Assembly: GCA_000165425.1 (NCBI GenBank)
Contig: CT868649.1
Location: forward strand, 62,001-126,000
Reading direction: 5' to 3'
DNA from: Paramecium tetraurelia
Lineage: Eukaryota
DNA length: 64,000 bases
Position 1 is the first letter of the stretch. Each line of letters opens with the position of its first letter. Under the pieces are notes generated by a model. The model was not told where the DNA came from. It searched no databases and saw nothing but the letters and a program-made list of their open reading frames with translations. Shown here piece by piece: positions 11,213-25,239 of this stretch. A program made the position numbers and the translations under genes.

Positions 11213-12842
11213 ATGTTGTAAACCAATTCCAATAAGCTAAATAACTTAGAGAAACTTATCAAACTTCTCTCAAAATCCAATAGAGATTTTAATGAGAATG
11301 AAATCATTCTCTAATTATTATTATCATATCAATATTTTAAATATTTTTATGATATCCTTATTCAACATTTACCATTGGATCGCATCATATTAGTATTGAT
11401 TGTAAATAATTAGATGATGGATTCATTAAAATTAGAAACTTTTAAAGAAAACTCTCTAATATTTCAAGAGAAGGAACCTTCGAACTCCAAGATTTATTTA
11501 ATCTTGTCTGGTTCAGTCTATTTGCTAAGAAATAAACCCTTGCAATAGTTTCAATTTAATTCCACAAAGTATTAATAACTCTATTAAAGTTCCAACTATT
11601 ATAATAAATATGGTTTTATCGTTAGGGAATTGAAAGCCGGAGATGGTTTTGGCGATAAAAGTTTCTTGACTAATTAGCCAAGGTCGTTATCGGCGATATC
11701 AAATGAAAAATCACAATTATTGATTTTGGATAATTCGTTTTTAAAGGGATTCGAGTCGGCAATTAATTAGTCATAACACAAAGCGAAAACCTTAATCTTT
11801 AACTTTTTTCCATCTGTAATTATTTATGCAAGCTTAGATTAAGTTAAATTATTCTAATGCCAGACTTGAGTCTATCTTTTATAGTTTTTAAGTAAAAATC
11901 ATATAGATCTTTTTCAATAGAGCATTTATTTAGCACGTGATGAGATACTGTTTGAGGAAGGTAGTAAAGGAAATGAAATTTATATTTTGTAACAAGGAAA
12001 CTGTATGATTCTAAAGAAGTTCCAGAATGAAAATATTTCAATTGCAATTCAAGATAATAATTGTTTATTTGGAGAAGAGATATTTTTTAGTGAAAAATAT
12101 GATTACACTATTAAAGTTTAATCCCTTTAATCGTGTTTTCTAAAAATAAAGATTTAAGATTTTGTAACTTTTCTCCCAGAGGAATGCAAAAAAGTGTTGA
12201 AATCACATTATGACACCCATAAAAATGATAGATTTCGTTTATATCAGTTGGCTGTTGAAAGATATCAAAAATAATTAGAGGCTCAAAGATTAAAATTAGA
12301 GTAAGACTTAAATTGAATATTCTAGATCCAAGCAGTCTCAAAAATTACAAAAATAATTAAAGATGTAAAATTATTCATAGAGTGAAACAGAGTTGTAGAT
12401 GAGATTTGATAAGGACATCTCAAATTTTAGAAATTTTATATCTGTCAGAACTAGTTCTCTCTATTTCAATTCAACCAGAGGGTTCTAGGCTTAAAAATTT
12501 AACAATTATTCTCCCTCCTTTATAATAGATTAGTAATATAAGTTACTAAAGGAACCATTAAATCCAATCAATAGTCCTTTAGATTTTGGCAAGGGAGAGG
12601 CTGAAGAAATGAGAAAAAGAACTTAAGTGCAATTGTGTGTAATGAGTATGGAAAAAATCAATTATTTGAATTAATTCAAGTCACCCAAGGTGCATTAATT
12701 GAAAAATAAATTTTTAAAGACTTTTAAATAACAATAAAGGAAATCAGTTTCATAGATGTCAATTAGCACAGCATTGACTCCAAAGAAAAGATTGAGTTAT
12801 TTTTCACCAGAGGCGTCAATGATGAGTTTGGCTAATTTTTGA
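11213..12842 (+). CDS. Tandem cyclic-nucleotide-binding domain protein
   Basis: IFQEKEPSNSKIYLILSGSV; LKAGDGFGDKSFLTNQPRSLSAI; second domain LFEEGSKGNEIYILQQGNC...LFGEE. Confidence 0.85.
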
Positions 12843-12873
12843 TTTTAAATATATTTTTATATATAAATATTAA

Positions 12874-14845
12874 TCAGAGTTGTTTAGCCTTATGCTTATT
12901 AAGATATCCTTTAATCTTCCCACGAAAAAAAATGTATCCTAAAAATCCAAAAGTTGAGATAACAGTCCATATATTTGATCTGTATATTCCTAGCATCTTA
13001 TGACTGTAATTATCATTATCAAATTCAATCTAATCCTTGACTTTCTTCATGGTGGCACATAATTAAAACACTCTTTATTTGGCCTATGATTTTGCCAGCA
13101 TCAAGAATTCCTAATTAATTCAGAATGCAAATTACCAAAAGTGGAATTTCTTGGATTCCTTTGGATGCTAGTGTATAGATAACTTTATCACAGGCAGAAC
13201 AATATATCTTTTATGTTATTTTTCTGTATGTTTCATTTTGGATATTTTCCATCAAATTGCTACTAAAATAGAAATCAAATAGAGCTTTTTTATCATCATA
13301 AACAGTTTCAATTTTTTTGATTGACTCAATAATGTTCTCAAAGGTTTAATTATACAAGGTCCCTTAATAGACCCTATTTAAAAATAATAAAGCCAGACAT
13401 GTAAAATCAACAATCATATTCCATTCTAAAATGGGATCTTAAAAGAATGCATGCAATACTGGAATTAAATCAAAGTCTAGAAATACAGAAGACAAATTCA
13501 TATACAAGTATATGAAGTAAAGGAAAACAAAAGCTATTTAAGCCTCATTATAATCCATCCAATCATTATCTATTAATAGAGTTAATCTTCTCATATTATC
13601 CCAAGATTCTAAACTCAAATTACAACTAAAGTCTAATTTATAATCTGAATTGTAAGGCAAATCATCCGGAATTTCATCCTTACCACTATCATTTTCGTCT
13701 TCAATTTAATCTTGAGCTTTATTTGGAATGATCATTGTCTACAGGACATTCAATATGTATCTCTTCCCTTAGATATCATTACATTTGATTAAATCAATCA
13801 GTAAAATGATCATGTTTAAATACATCCCTAAAAAGCATAGAAAGAAGATAAATTCGATCTCTTGAGTCTCATCTGACTATGATAACAGATACAGTGGGAA
13901 ACTCCCCTTGGCCAGCAATACAGCTAAGTAAATCAAAAGAATAGAAGCTGGTTCTTTTTCTTATTTCACTTTGATATAATCATAATGAGGCCATAGGAAA
14001 TTGTCAATTGCATGTCTGTAACCACGAAAGCCTAGTACTCTTAGTTCCTTTAGAATTTTCAATTTGTTTGCCGGTTATTCAAATTGCTTCCTCTCAAATG
14101 GAATATCAGGTTATCCCTATAGAATTTTACGTGCTCTTTCAATAAGTTCAATTATGGAATGATCACTTAATGATATGATATCATCTATTGCACAAATGCC
14201 TGGGTCAGAATCAAGGGCAATATAGTAAAGTGTACTATCTATATTTTCCGTTTCCATTGCATCTCTAATCTATTTATATAAATTTTCTTGCTTCAATTCT
14301 TCCTATTTCTCAGGAGATAGGTTTTGTTGTAATAATTTTTAATACAATCTCCCAAGACCTAACTTACTCATGTTTGCATCAGATATTAGAAAATCAAAAT
14401 CCATTTCTTTTCGATCTATTGAAATTGTTAAAACATATGAGGACATTAAAATTTGAGATTGTAAAAATATTAGACAGGATATTGCCCAATCTTCATAGTT
14501 AATTGTCTATTTGTATCTTAAAGCTACTAGGACATACATCATCAAAATTGATAATGCCATTGCGAGATCACAAGTGAAGAACATTATTGCCTTTAAAGCC
14601 TAAAACAATATCTATTTGAAAATTACTTGAATAATTCTGAAGAATCTAATGCTTTTTGCAATTTATCCTAGGTACAAATAAAGCAATTTCAAAGTAAAAA
14701 CTGGCAAGGCAATTGTGGCATTGAATAAATAAAGGATTACAAAACATCGATAAGGTCTCCATTCAATGCTTCTTACATCTAAATTTTCAAATAGAATCTC
14801 TTTCTTGTCCTCTCTTAGCCTATCTGTGTGATTTGGAGTACTCAT
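12874..14845 (-). CDS. Multi-pass membrane protein of unknown function
   Basis: MSTPNHTDRLRED...; several hydrophobic segments; LDFSCNLSLESWDNMRRL; ends KHKAKQL*. Confidence 0.75.
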
Positions 14846-15114
14846 TAATTAAGTACTTTATTCAAAATAATAATTTTATTTTTTCTAATCTCTTTTAGTG
14901 ATCAAATTATCATAAAATAGTCAATCATTTTTTGGTTATTGTTGGAGAACACAATAAAAATATTGAAATAGAGAATATTTATTTTGAACAAATCTTGAGG
15001 TTAACAGGACGAAGGTTATTATTAAAATCAAAACATTAAAAATAATTTTCTTCTCTCTTTTATTTTTAAGACTTCTTATAAATTACTTTTTCATTGCAGA
15101 TATTATTCAGTAAT

Positions 15115-18100
15115 ATGATTGTCGATTAAAAAAAAGAATTAATTATTCTTTATAAATTAAGGTAATTAAATACTTAAAATTCTACTAATTAAGAACTGGT
15201 GAATCCTTAATAAATTTAACATTCTTTGCTATTTTGTAGTCACTTTACTTAGTTCAGATATTAACTTAATTTGAATAGGAATAACAATATAAGAAAATAT
15301 TGACCTTGTATAATTGCATAATTTATAAATAAAAAAATTTAACGGATGATTTCTTTTATGGTAATGTCAAATATTTTATCTGATCAAATGAAGCAATAAT
15401 ATAAAAGCAAATCTGTGTTTTGGAGGCAAGAAAAAGAAAAATTACTTTAAACATTACAACCAAAACTAAATAACTAATAACAATAAAGATCAAGAACAAG
15501 TTAAAGAAATAGTAAGTATCGCTATCTTGTTGAATCACTCTATCATTAGGATACTCCTGAAAATAACAAATCTATTTACAATTAATTCTAATAATAAAGG
15601 AGTTCTCAATTTCAACATCAATAACAATAAAGTTCTTCAAAAAACAAAAAAAATGATGAACTAAGCTTTTCAACAATTATGAATAAATATTACAAATAGT
15701 TAGAAGGATCTAATACTAAATAACACATATATGATCCTTTTGCTGAACAGATAATTGAATCCTTTTAAGAACTAAAAAATAAGAAATCTGTGAAAATAAA
15801 AGAATTAGAAGAATGCGCATCTGACAACTATTAAATAAGTAATAGCGGACGAAAACCAAATATCATTAATAAAATAAATCAAATTCGAGAATTTTTAGAT
15901 CAATAATTAAGTCCAAAATAGGAAGATCCAAACAAAGAAGGCTAAATAAATAATTAAAAATGCTCAAATGCTGACATTAGTACTAGAATCTTTAGATATA
16001 AATCAGTTGAATCTAAATAATTTTTAGATTAAAGTTAGAGGAACTCAATACCAAAAGTTAATGAGGACATTAATAAAAGACGATCTTCAAAAAGCTGCAC
16101 TACATTAGATGTTGGCATTTAAGTTTCATTGATAGGTGAAATTGAATCCAAATAAAATGTATAATTAGGAGCAAGTGATCATGATAATAAACAAAATTGT
16201 AATCAAGAATTTAAAGTATCTTTAAAAGATGTATTAAAAGAATAGATTTAATAAACATTTTCATAATAATCATAAAATTTTTAATCTCTTGTTTCTTAAT
16301 ATTAACTACCTTAATAGTAAAAATAACTATCCGAGCAACATTCAGAAAGAAGCAGCAGAAGAAGTCAATTTTAAGAGAGCAATAGATCCTTCATCAACAA
16401 TGAGGAAAGATAAAATTCATTTATTAAAGAAGCTGATTGCAGTAAGGCTGGAACTAATTTATAAATTGAAGAAAATCTAAAGTAGATTTCGTAAAGGGCT
16501 AAAAATAATTAGGAGGATCATTCATATTAATAAGAAAGATTATCTCATAGGTCTAATATCAATTGTTTAATTATTAATCCAGAGAAATTCTCTATAAAAT
16601 AAAATTAGGATCACTAAATAACAACTAGTTAATAAAATTAATAAAGTTTAGGTAATTCTAAGTTTAGCCTAAAGAATAAGGAAAATTTTGAAGAGAATAA
16701 TACTATTACGAATTCTGAAGTCAAATTAGAACAGGAGGAACCAAAATTAAAAGAAATTTAAACGATAAAGCAACGAAATTTAATTTAAATTCCTAAAATA
16801 ATAAATAGTTTGAATTTCTAAAAATTAGATACACATAATGATTTCTTAGGATAGTTAACCTCAGTTGATACTAATCGATTTAAATAAGATCTATAATAAA
16901 TTTTAGAAGAGGAAAATTCTACTAATGCCTTAAGGGTTAAAGAAAAATAACAATCAATTGATTTACCTTTAACTAGTAATCGATCATCATTGTCTTTTAC
17001 TGACCCTATGATCATGTAATAGACAAATCAACTTCAAAATGTAGAAGAGTCAGATGTTGCATAGACAGATTAAAGGATTATTGATAATGCTACAGTATTT
17101 ACAGATGGCAATTTATAATATTCTGAAGACACACCAAAATTAAGAGTAACAACTTCATTAAGCAACAATAACTTAGATGAAGGAAAATATTAGGGAAATT
17201 CTTAGTTAAAAAGTGAAATATAATTATAGGTCACTAAGCCAGAATCAAAGTATTAACAAAAATTATTATCATCAAATGAATTAAACTGTATGAATTCCTA
17301 CTCATTTGAGTAATGGCTTTAATAAAATGAATTTAACAAGAAAGTTTGTAATTAAAATTTACATTCTTAACACTTTTAAAAATAAAAATGTGATCATAGT
17401 ACTTAAATTAATAAAGTTGATTCAGATTCAGATGAAGAAATATAATTTATAAAACAAAAATAATAATAATTTCAATTAAACTAAGGTATTACCCAACTTG
17501 TTAGAAACATTTCCTCAATTTTGAAAATTAGAAAGATCAAATCTTTTTATGAAATTCGTGAATTTTCAATATCAGAATCTTAAAAGCTCTAATAATAATA
17601 ATAATCATAATCATCAACATAATAATAATTTTATAATTTTCAATTTGAATCGCCATATCAATCTTAAACCTCTTGTAATACCCTCTCTACATAATTAGTA
17701 TAAAAGTAACAATTGAATCAATCATAACAATCACCAAAATATTAATTAGACCTAAAATCTTTAAACTAGACTTCAAGAGAATAAGCTGCTTGTGAAAAAA
17801 TATCGAGTTTACTTAAGATAATCAAAGAGGAAACTGGGTCTGATACCTTAAGATTGATACAAAATAAATAGTCACAGCTTTCTAAAAGTAAGCGAAAAGA
17901 GAAAAAGTCAGAAACCACTACTTTTTCTTAAAAATGTGATTATAAAACAAAGAATAATACTCCATCCCCAAAATATTAATCAGTATAGCTCCCAGTGGAA
18001 CAAATAAATGATAGAATCAAAGTAAACTTAATTTAGGATTTAGAGTTAGAGTCTCCAAAATAAAAACATACAGAACATGCTGAATTAAATGATAATAGTA

Positions 18101-18372
18101 AAAATTGTAAATTATATTTAGTTCCAATTGCAGAACCAATGGAATTTTAGGAAGTTTAAGTAATTGAAAAGTAAAAGAGAGAAATTAGAGAAAATAATTG
18201 GTCTAATAATTGTAGCAATATTCTAAGCAATCAATGTGGTGAATCCAAAAACTTTTATGTTTTATCTAATCATATAGCTAATTAAAAGGCAAAAATTGCA
18301 AGGAAGTTTTAATAGATCCATTATAAATCGGTTGGTTAATCTACTTCCAGGAAAGAAAATATATAATTTTGA
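15115..18372 (+). CDS. Large low-complexity Q/N/S-rich protein (5' exons uncertain)
   Basis: Long code-6 frame from ~15549 to TGA at 18370-18372; upstream exons and start approximate. Confidence 0.6.
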
Positions 18373-18560
18373 TTACTAATTTATATTTTATGATATTATT
18401 TTTATAATTTTTAATTGAAATTTATTTAAGTCTACTGAATTTTGAACTATTTATACTATTTAGCATTTATATATTTAGAATAATTATAATAGAAGATAAT
18501 TAATAGCATGAATAGATAATATATATATTGGGCATTTTAATCTTAAGAATCAACATAAAA

Positions 18561-19063
18561 ATGAGTAAATAACAAAAAAAAAACAATAAAAAAAATCATT
18601 CAGGTGAAGATTTGAACAAAAAAAAAATAGCTAAAATATATGATGACAATCTAGTTAAAAATGATGAGGAGGACTAAGATTTTGAAATGGATTCTAAAAT
18701 TGAGGAGGATGATGAAATTGAGTAAGACGGTATTTATAAAACCTTATGTCATTAGGTGAATAGACATCTTAACATTCTAGTATAGATATTAATGCATATT
18801 TATAACAGAGAAACTAAATTCCTGATACAGATGAAGATGAAGAAGATGTTTAATAAAATTAAAAGTAGCAATCAACAAAAAAAAATAATAAGACTCAAAA
18901 ATCTAAGAAAAAAATTTAATAAAAAGATTTTGAGGACGAGGATGATGATAGTAGTAGTGAAGAAGATGAGATTGATGATGAAGATGTTGAAGAACCAAAA
19001 CCTAAAAAAAGAGTTTAAATATAATAAATCAAAAAAAAACAAATAGTTAAAAAGTCAAAATGA
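18561..19063 (+). CDS. Small acidic/lysine-rich protein (possibly nuclear or nucleolar)
   Basis: MSKQQKKNNKK...DEEDQDFEMD...DDDSSSEEDEIDDEDVEEPKPKKR; one 26-nt intron. Confidence 0.7.
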
Positions 19064-19431
19064 TATTTTCTAAATAAGAAATGACATTATCAAATAATAA
19101 TTAATATCAATTATTTTCATTATTTTTTGATTATTTACTGGATTAATATGAAGTATGATAGATTTTAATCTTTTTTTGAGTGTAAAAAATGAATAAAATT
19201 TGATTCTGAATTATGTAAACTAAATATATTTTGATTTAAGATAACGATATTTTTTTAAATAAAAAATAAAGTGTTGAAAAATGAGCTTAGATATTTATAA
19301 AATTATGAGGTATTGTCATTATAAATGAGTAGATGAAGCATGTGGAAGAATAATTCATAAAAAAACACAGAACAGAATGTGTCTAATTTATAAAAGAATA
19401 TCCAAAAATTATTTTAAATTGATATGTTATA

Positions 19432-21174
19432 TCATTTGTATCTCTTTGGAGTATCATATATTCTGCTTTGAACAAAGTTGCTTTATGTTGTAAACTCATA
19501 TTCTAAAGCTCTATCTCTAGCTCTTCTTTCTAATTCAGCTTCTAATTCTAATCTTTCTAATCTCTCTTTGCTTCTCTATCTTTCATATTCTAATTCTCTT
19601 TCTACTCTCTCTAATTGTCTGCTTCTCTCAAGTACCTTTCTTTCATTTTCTAATTACTCAATTCTCAATTAAGACTTTCTCAACTACTCTACTCTTTCTC
19701 TGCTTTATCTCAGTTCTTCCAATGCTCTTTGTTATTCTCTGCTTTACCTCAGAGCCTCAATTTACTCAAGTCTTTCTCTGCTTTTTCTTAGATCTTCTAA
19801 TCTCTCTTGACTTCTTCTTAACTCAATTTCTTCCTTTTGTTTCTTTAATTATTCTAATCTCTCCTAACTGGTTCTTAATTCTTCTACTTTTCTTCTTTGT
19901 TTTTGTAATTCTTCAATTCTACTTCTTGATTTTCTGAGTTCTTCAATCTTTTCTTAATTCTTTCTCTCCTATTCTAATTGTTCCAATCTTTCTCTACTCT
20001 TCCTCAAATCCTCAAGTCTTTCTCTGCTTTTTTTTAATTCATCAATTTAGGCTTATCTTTCTCTGCTTTTCTTTAATTCTTCTAATTCTTCCATTCTCTA
20101 TCTACTTCTTTTTAATTCCTCTAATTAACTTAATCTTTCTCGACTCTTCTTTAAGTCCTCTAATCTTTCTCTGCTTCTTCTAAGATCATCTAATCTTTCT
20201 CTACTTCTTCTTAAGTCGTCTAGTTACTCAATTCTTTCTCTACTTCTCTTCAAATCCTACATATACTCCAATCTTTCTCTGCTTCTTCTGAGGTCTTCTA
20301 CTCTCTCTCTACTTTTCTTTAAATCTTCTAAGACTTCTCTTTCTCTTTCGATTTAAATGATTCTCTCTCTACTTCTTCTCAATTCATTAGCTATTTATCT
20401 CTCTTATTGGAAGAAATCTGGAACAAAGGTTAAAGCCTCTAATAATTCCGAGTATGATATTCTTCCATCCTCATCTGAATCAACTACTCTGAAAAAGGCT
20501 GTCAATTCATCAAATGACAATTTAGCTCCATTTTGTCTTAGAAAATCTTAGAGACTATTAATTTATTATAATTTATTACGTATCAATGGTAATATATCCC
20601 AAATATACTTAATCAATGCATCTAAATGCGTCTAGAGATGTGAAGTCAGCGCTAGTTGTTAATATTTCTTAGGCAGCTGTTATTGAACTAAATTATAGTT
20701 GATATCATTACTTATAGTTTTAAATTTCCTATTAGAATACTCTAGAAAGCCCCCACTCTACTTCTGTTGGTAACAACATATTGACTTCAATGTAATAACT
20801 GTCTCTAAGTGATGCAATTTGTCTCAATCTCGAGTCTTCTTTTGGCAGTATGGCTTTAACGAAGCTAATCACATAACAAAAATAAAATACTCAGGATAAG
20901 TGATTCTTCCATCCCTATTGAGATCGAGTCTCCTAAAGAGATAATCAGATTGGGCCTTGGTTGGATAAATTTTATTATCTGCCAAGAACTCTACTATGTC
21001 AGAAACAGTTAATTCTCCTGTTCTAAGTTGATCCAATCTTCTGAAGGCAGTATATGGTTCGAACATTTTTTGTTCTGCTAACACTTAACGCACCATCTCT
21101 GTTTTCTTTTCACCTTCTGCGATTGTGATGATTAAGTTTGCCAATCTTCCTTGTGTTCTTGCTGAAAGGTACAT
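19432..21174 (-). CDS. EF-hand calcium-binding protein with charged-repeat C-terminal tail
   Basis: AFRRLDQLRTGELT, FRRLDLNRDGRITYPE, FRVVDSDEDGRISYSE; tail of LEDLR(R/K)SRER repeats. Confidence 0.9.
19560..20385 (-). repeat. Coding degenerate tandem repeat (D/E)L(R/K)(R/K)SRER
   Basis: Recurrent ctttctctg/actt motif on the + strand with mostly 30-39-nt spacing. Confidence 0.85.
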
Positions 21175-22423
21175 GATTAAATAAAATTTATTTGCAAATA
21201 AATAAAATTAAAATCCAAAAGAAAAAAACCAATTTATACTCATCATTTATTCTAATTAGGTAATGAATTTATAATCCTATTAATTTAAAATGCTTAAATA
21301 TTAAAATTTTATGTTCAAAAAGACTTTTCATATTTTTACATCTCTTTCATCTTCTATTTTGAATCCCTCCACCTTCTATAATCAAACAAATAAATATTGA
21401 TGAAGTTTTTCATAGAATTGACATTTTTAGTGTGTTTTAATATAGCTCTTTTGCTGAGGCTTAGATTTTGCATTATTTACTTAATATCTATATAGATTTC
21501 ATTGAATTAGATGTCATATCCATTTAACTTTATCATTTCTCTAGATATATTTAAAAAGAAAATTAACATAATCTATTCCCATTCACATTTTAAACATCAA
21601 AGCTTAAGAATCAATTTATATTGAAGCATTATTATACAAGGATTAGAACATTTTCTACTTAGGACCTAAAATAAATCTTTTTCTTCTCTAATCATTAAGT
21701 TTATCCATCAAATATGTAAATAATTTGGTAGGGATTCTTAAAATGATTGATATCGATATTAATACACATCTATGCTTAAATTTAAAAAATAAGGACAATA
21801 CAATTAAAATTAACTGCTTTCATTTTTAAGAAAAATTATAATAAAATGAAAATAAAATTCACTTAAATTTTGAATCTAATCTAATGATCAATTTGATAGG
21901 TTATCTACACATGTAAGTATATTTCCATAGATTTCATCACTTATATTATTAATAATTTTGTTAATTTATCATAATCATTACAACAACTTTTAATGAAACC
22001 CCTTAAACAAACAACATTTTACTATATGATAATTAAAAACACTGCATAAACTATTTTTAAAATGAACTTAAATTTATGAAACATAATTTCAGAACATTTT
22101 AACTGTTTTTCAGTTTCATTTTAAAGATCGAGCAAATAAAATTAAAATGATCCTTTTTTTGATGGATTGTAATAAAAATTGATTACCTTTTGGTCAGATA
22201 AATATGGAAAGAAGTACAACATAATATATATAAGGTTATGATGAAGCAATATAATGGCAGTAGAAAAATTATAAAGATAATTATAAAAAATCCTTTTATA
22301 CTTCATACATACTTTACTTAATGGTCATTGAGACACAGATAGGTAATTTTGCTTAAATGTAAATCTAATGGAGAGTAATTGAAATATATTGTTTAATAAT
22401 AATTTATTAAATAAAGAAAATTA

Positions 22424-24404
22424 ATGTCATCCAAAGGTCATGACCGTCAAAAGATTTTGAGCAAAGAGCAAAATGTGGGCCTTACAAAAGAGTAGTATGA
22501 AAAAAAATATTTATTTCATCGTTTAAAAGAAAGATTTTTACATAGCTAGGATTTATCACTAGAAACAATTACTCCAGAGGGACATGAAAACATTTATTTA
22601 CCAATGGATATTCAAACTCCGACTTAAGCAGATGGTTTAAGTTATGAGGATGAATAGGCTCTTAGGATGCACGGTGCTTAAATTTGTTTCCAAGCCTGCA
22701 ATCACTTAAAATTACCATTAACAACAGCCATTACAAGCTTAGTAATATTTCATAGATTTTTTGCTAAGTATTGCAAGTGATGTCAAAATATTTAGGAATT
22801 CTTTCGTGGATTTTGATTACCGCGAAATTTCAATGGCTTCATTGTATTTGGCAGGCAAGGTTGAAGAAACATTACTGAAAACATGGTATATAGCAGGTGC
22901 ATTCAGCTCTGTTTTCCAAAAACAAAAATAAGCTCCATTGTAAAATTAGTATTAATATCAAGGGACATCATAATTAAATAAGAAAAACTAATTCTTAAGG
23001 AACTCGGATTTGAATTATTTAGAGTTTCAGATCATCCGCATAAGTTCATAGAATCATTTTATCATTTTATTAAGGTCGATAAGCAGGTAGCTCAAAAGGC
23101 TTGGTATTACTTGAACGATTCATACATGACTGATTTATGCGTACATTTTCCACCTTAAGTTATTGCAGCAGGAGCTTTGTATTTAGCATTGAGGGTCTGT
23201 AATCATCCCATGCCCACTTAACCATGGTGGATTCTATTAGAAGCTACTTTAGCATAAGTAGAGTAGGTAGCTGCCACCATATATAATATTTATGAATTCG
23301 AAAAGTTGGACTTTAGATAAGCAAGAAGAATCTTAGCAAAAGCCAATAGAGTAGCTTATGTAATTTAACATAGCGAAATCTATGGCTTGCCTGAAAAGAT
23401 TGAAAGACCTTTAGAAACAAAAAAATAGAATTCTCTATAACCATTCTAATAATAATCTTAATAGCCTTAATAAATTCAATAAGAGTCTTCACAAAATAAT
23501 AAAGAGAAATAAGAGCCTTCACCTAATAATAAAGAAAAAAAAAGTATTAAAAAAAAAAGTAAATCTAAGGAAAAAAAGAGCAAAGACAAAAAGAATAAAT
23601 CTGAAAAAAAGAAAAACAAGGATAAGGATAAAGAGAAAGAGAAGAAAAAAGAAGAGAAAAAAAAGAAAAAGAAGTAAATATATAATTACTATTTATTAGA
23701 AGTAGATCTAGAAGCAAATCTAATGATAAAAAGTTATCAAAGAAATAAAAGAAGAAAGAGAAGGAAAAAGAGAAGGAAAGTTAAAGAGAAAAAGAAAGAG
23801 AGAGAGAACGAGAAAAAGAAAATGAGAAGGATAAAGATAAAGAAATAAAAGATTACATTGTAGAGAAAGATAATTAAAAATAGGATTAGGAGAATACCTT
23901 CAGTCGATCAAAATTCAACAAAAGAATAAGATCAATAATTAGATAGAGGTATGATTAAATCCAATATGGAGATTGAGAATGAAAATGAACAAACTAAAAA
24001 CAACAACAATAACTAGTAATAAAATTTAACAGGTAACGAATAAATTAGAGATGACAATATCCACCAAAACTCACTGGCAAATCAAGAGTCTTTGCTCTAG
24101 GCATAACAGACTAACCAAGATGATTAATAGCAAAATATTGTACCTATAGATGACTAATCGAAAGTGTAATTGCCTTTATAGAGTAAATAGGATTTCATTG
24201 CTCAAATGAAGGCATTACTAAAAACATAATAACTACAGAAAACTGATGATGTTGAAAAGAAAGATAATGAAGTTGAGAACATTCAAATTGAAAAGTAATC
24301 TCCAAATGAATAGGATTCCGAAGAGGACCAACAACTTAATGCAATTAAATTAAAAAGTAAAGTTAATAATTAATTGTGTAGTTTTAGCTATAAAAAAGGA
24401 ATGA
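22424..24404 (+). CDS. CCNL: Cyclin L family protein with K/R/S/E-rich tail
   Basis: TPTQADGLSYEDEQALRMHG, LKLPLTTAITSLVIFHRFF, ASLYLAGKVEE, EKLILKELGF, HPHKF, AWYYLNDS, IAAGALYLA, PWW. Confidence 0.9.
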
Positions 24405-24427
24405 ATAATGAGCTCTGTTATATTAAT

Positions 24428-25181
24428 TCAAAGAATTCGCTTAAGGTTATTTTTCTGTAATTTTCTATCAATATCTTTCTTTACGACTTCCAAAGAACCA
24501 TCATCAAGTTCTTTAATTAAAGAAAGCACAGCACAAAGTATATTTTCATTTCTTTCAATATTCTTATTATTATTATTAAAGCTATTTTATTAATTTGAAT
24601 TGATCTCAGGAGTTGCAGGCCTTTATTATTCTTGCTAATTGAAAATAAATGGTTATTTCTTAGGAGACTCTTTTAAACTAGATTTTGGTCGATTCAAGAT
24701 ATTGCTATTCTAAGTTTATTCTTCGAAATCATCTTCTAAAATATTGACAGATTATGCATTCTATCTATCTTCATTGGTAATTGTAGTATTATCAAGTTTG
24801 ACTAGGTTTGGGAGATATTTGACTACAATTTCTCTGTAACTAGGATGATCTGCACAAGGATTATCTATAGTAATTTTTGAAATGAGTACCTTACAACCAC
24901 AAAACTCTTAAATTAGGTAAATGTACTAAATATCTCAATTCTTTTATATCACTGACACAATTTTTTCTTAGATAAAGTTCTTGTAACTTTTGGCAACACC
25001 CTATATCTTTGAGAGTTGAAATTTTATTCACAGATAATGAAAGCACTTCCAAATTTGGTAATTGTCTTAATGCTTTCAAATCATCAATGTCATTTCCCCA
25101 TAAATTTAGATTTTTAATTTGGAATAGTTGATCATTTTTTGTTTTTTGGGCTATAAGCTCTGCTGTTAACGGTTTACCCAT
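24428..25181 (-). CDS. CFAP410: Cilia- and flagella-associated LRR protein 410 (C21orf2)
   Basis: IKNLNLWGNDIDD, LEVLSLSVNKI, ELYLRKN, LRVLWLQDNP, LVKLDN; C-terminal NILCAVLSLIKELD. Confidence 0.9.
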
Positions 25182-25239
25182 TTGAAATTATTATATTATA
25201 TTAATTCTAATTAAAATCCTAATTTAGGGATTGTATTTA

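Noticed and set aside
19478..20551. Leu/Ser/Phe-rich + strand ORFs in the supplied track
   Set aside because: Antisense shadows of the E/R/K-rich minus-strand EF-hand gene
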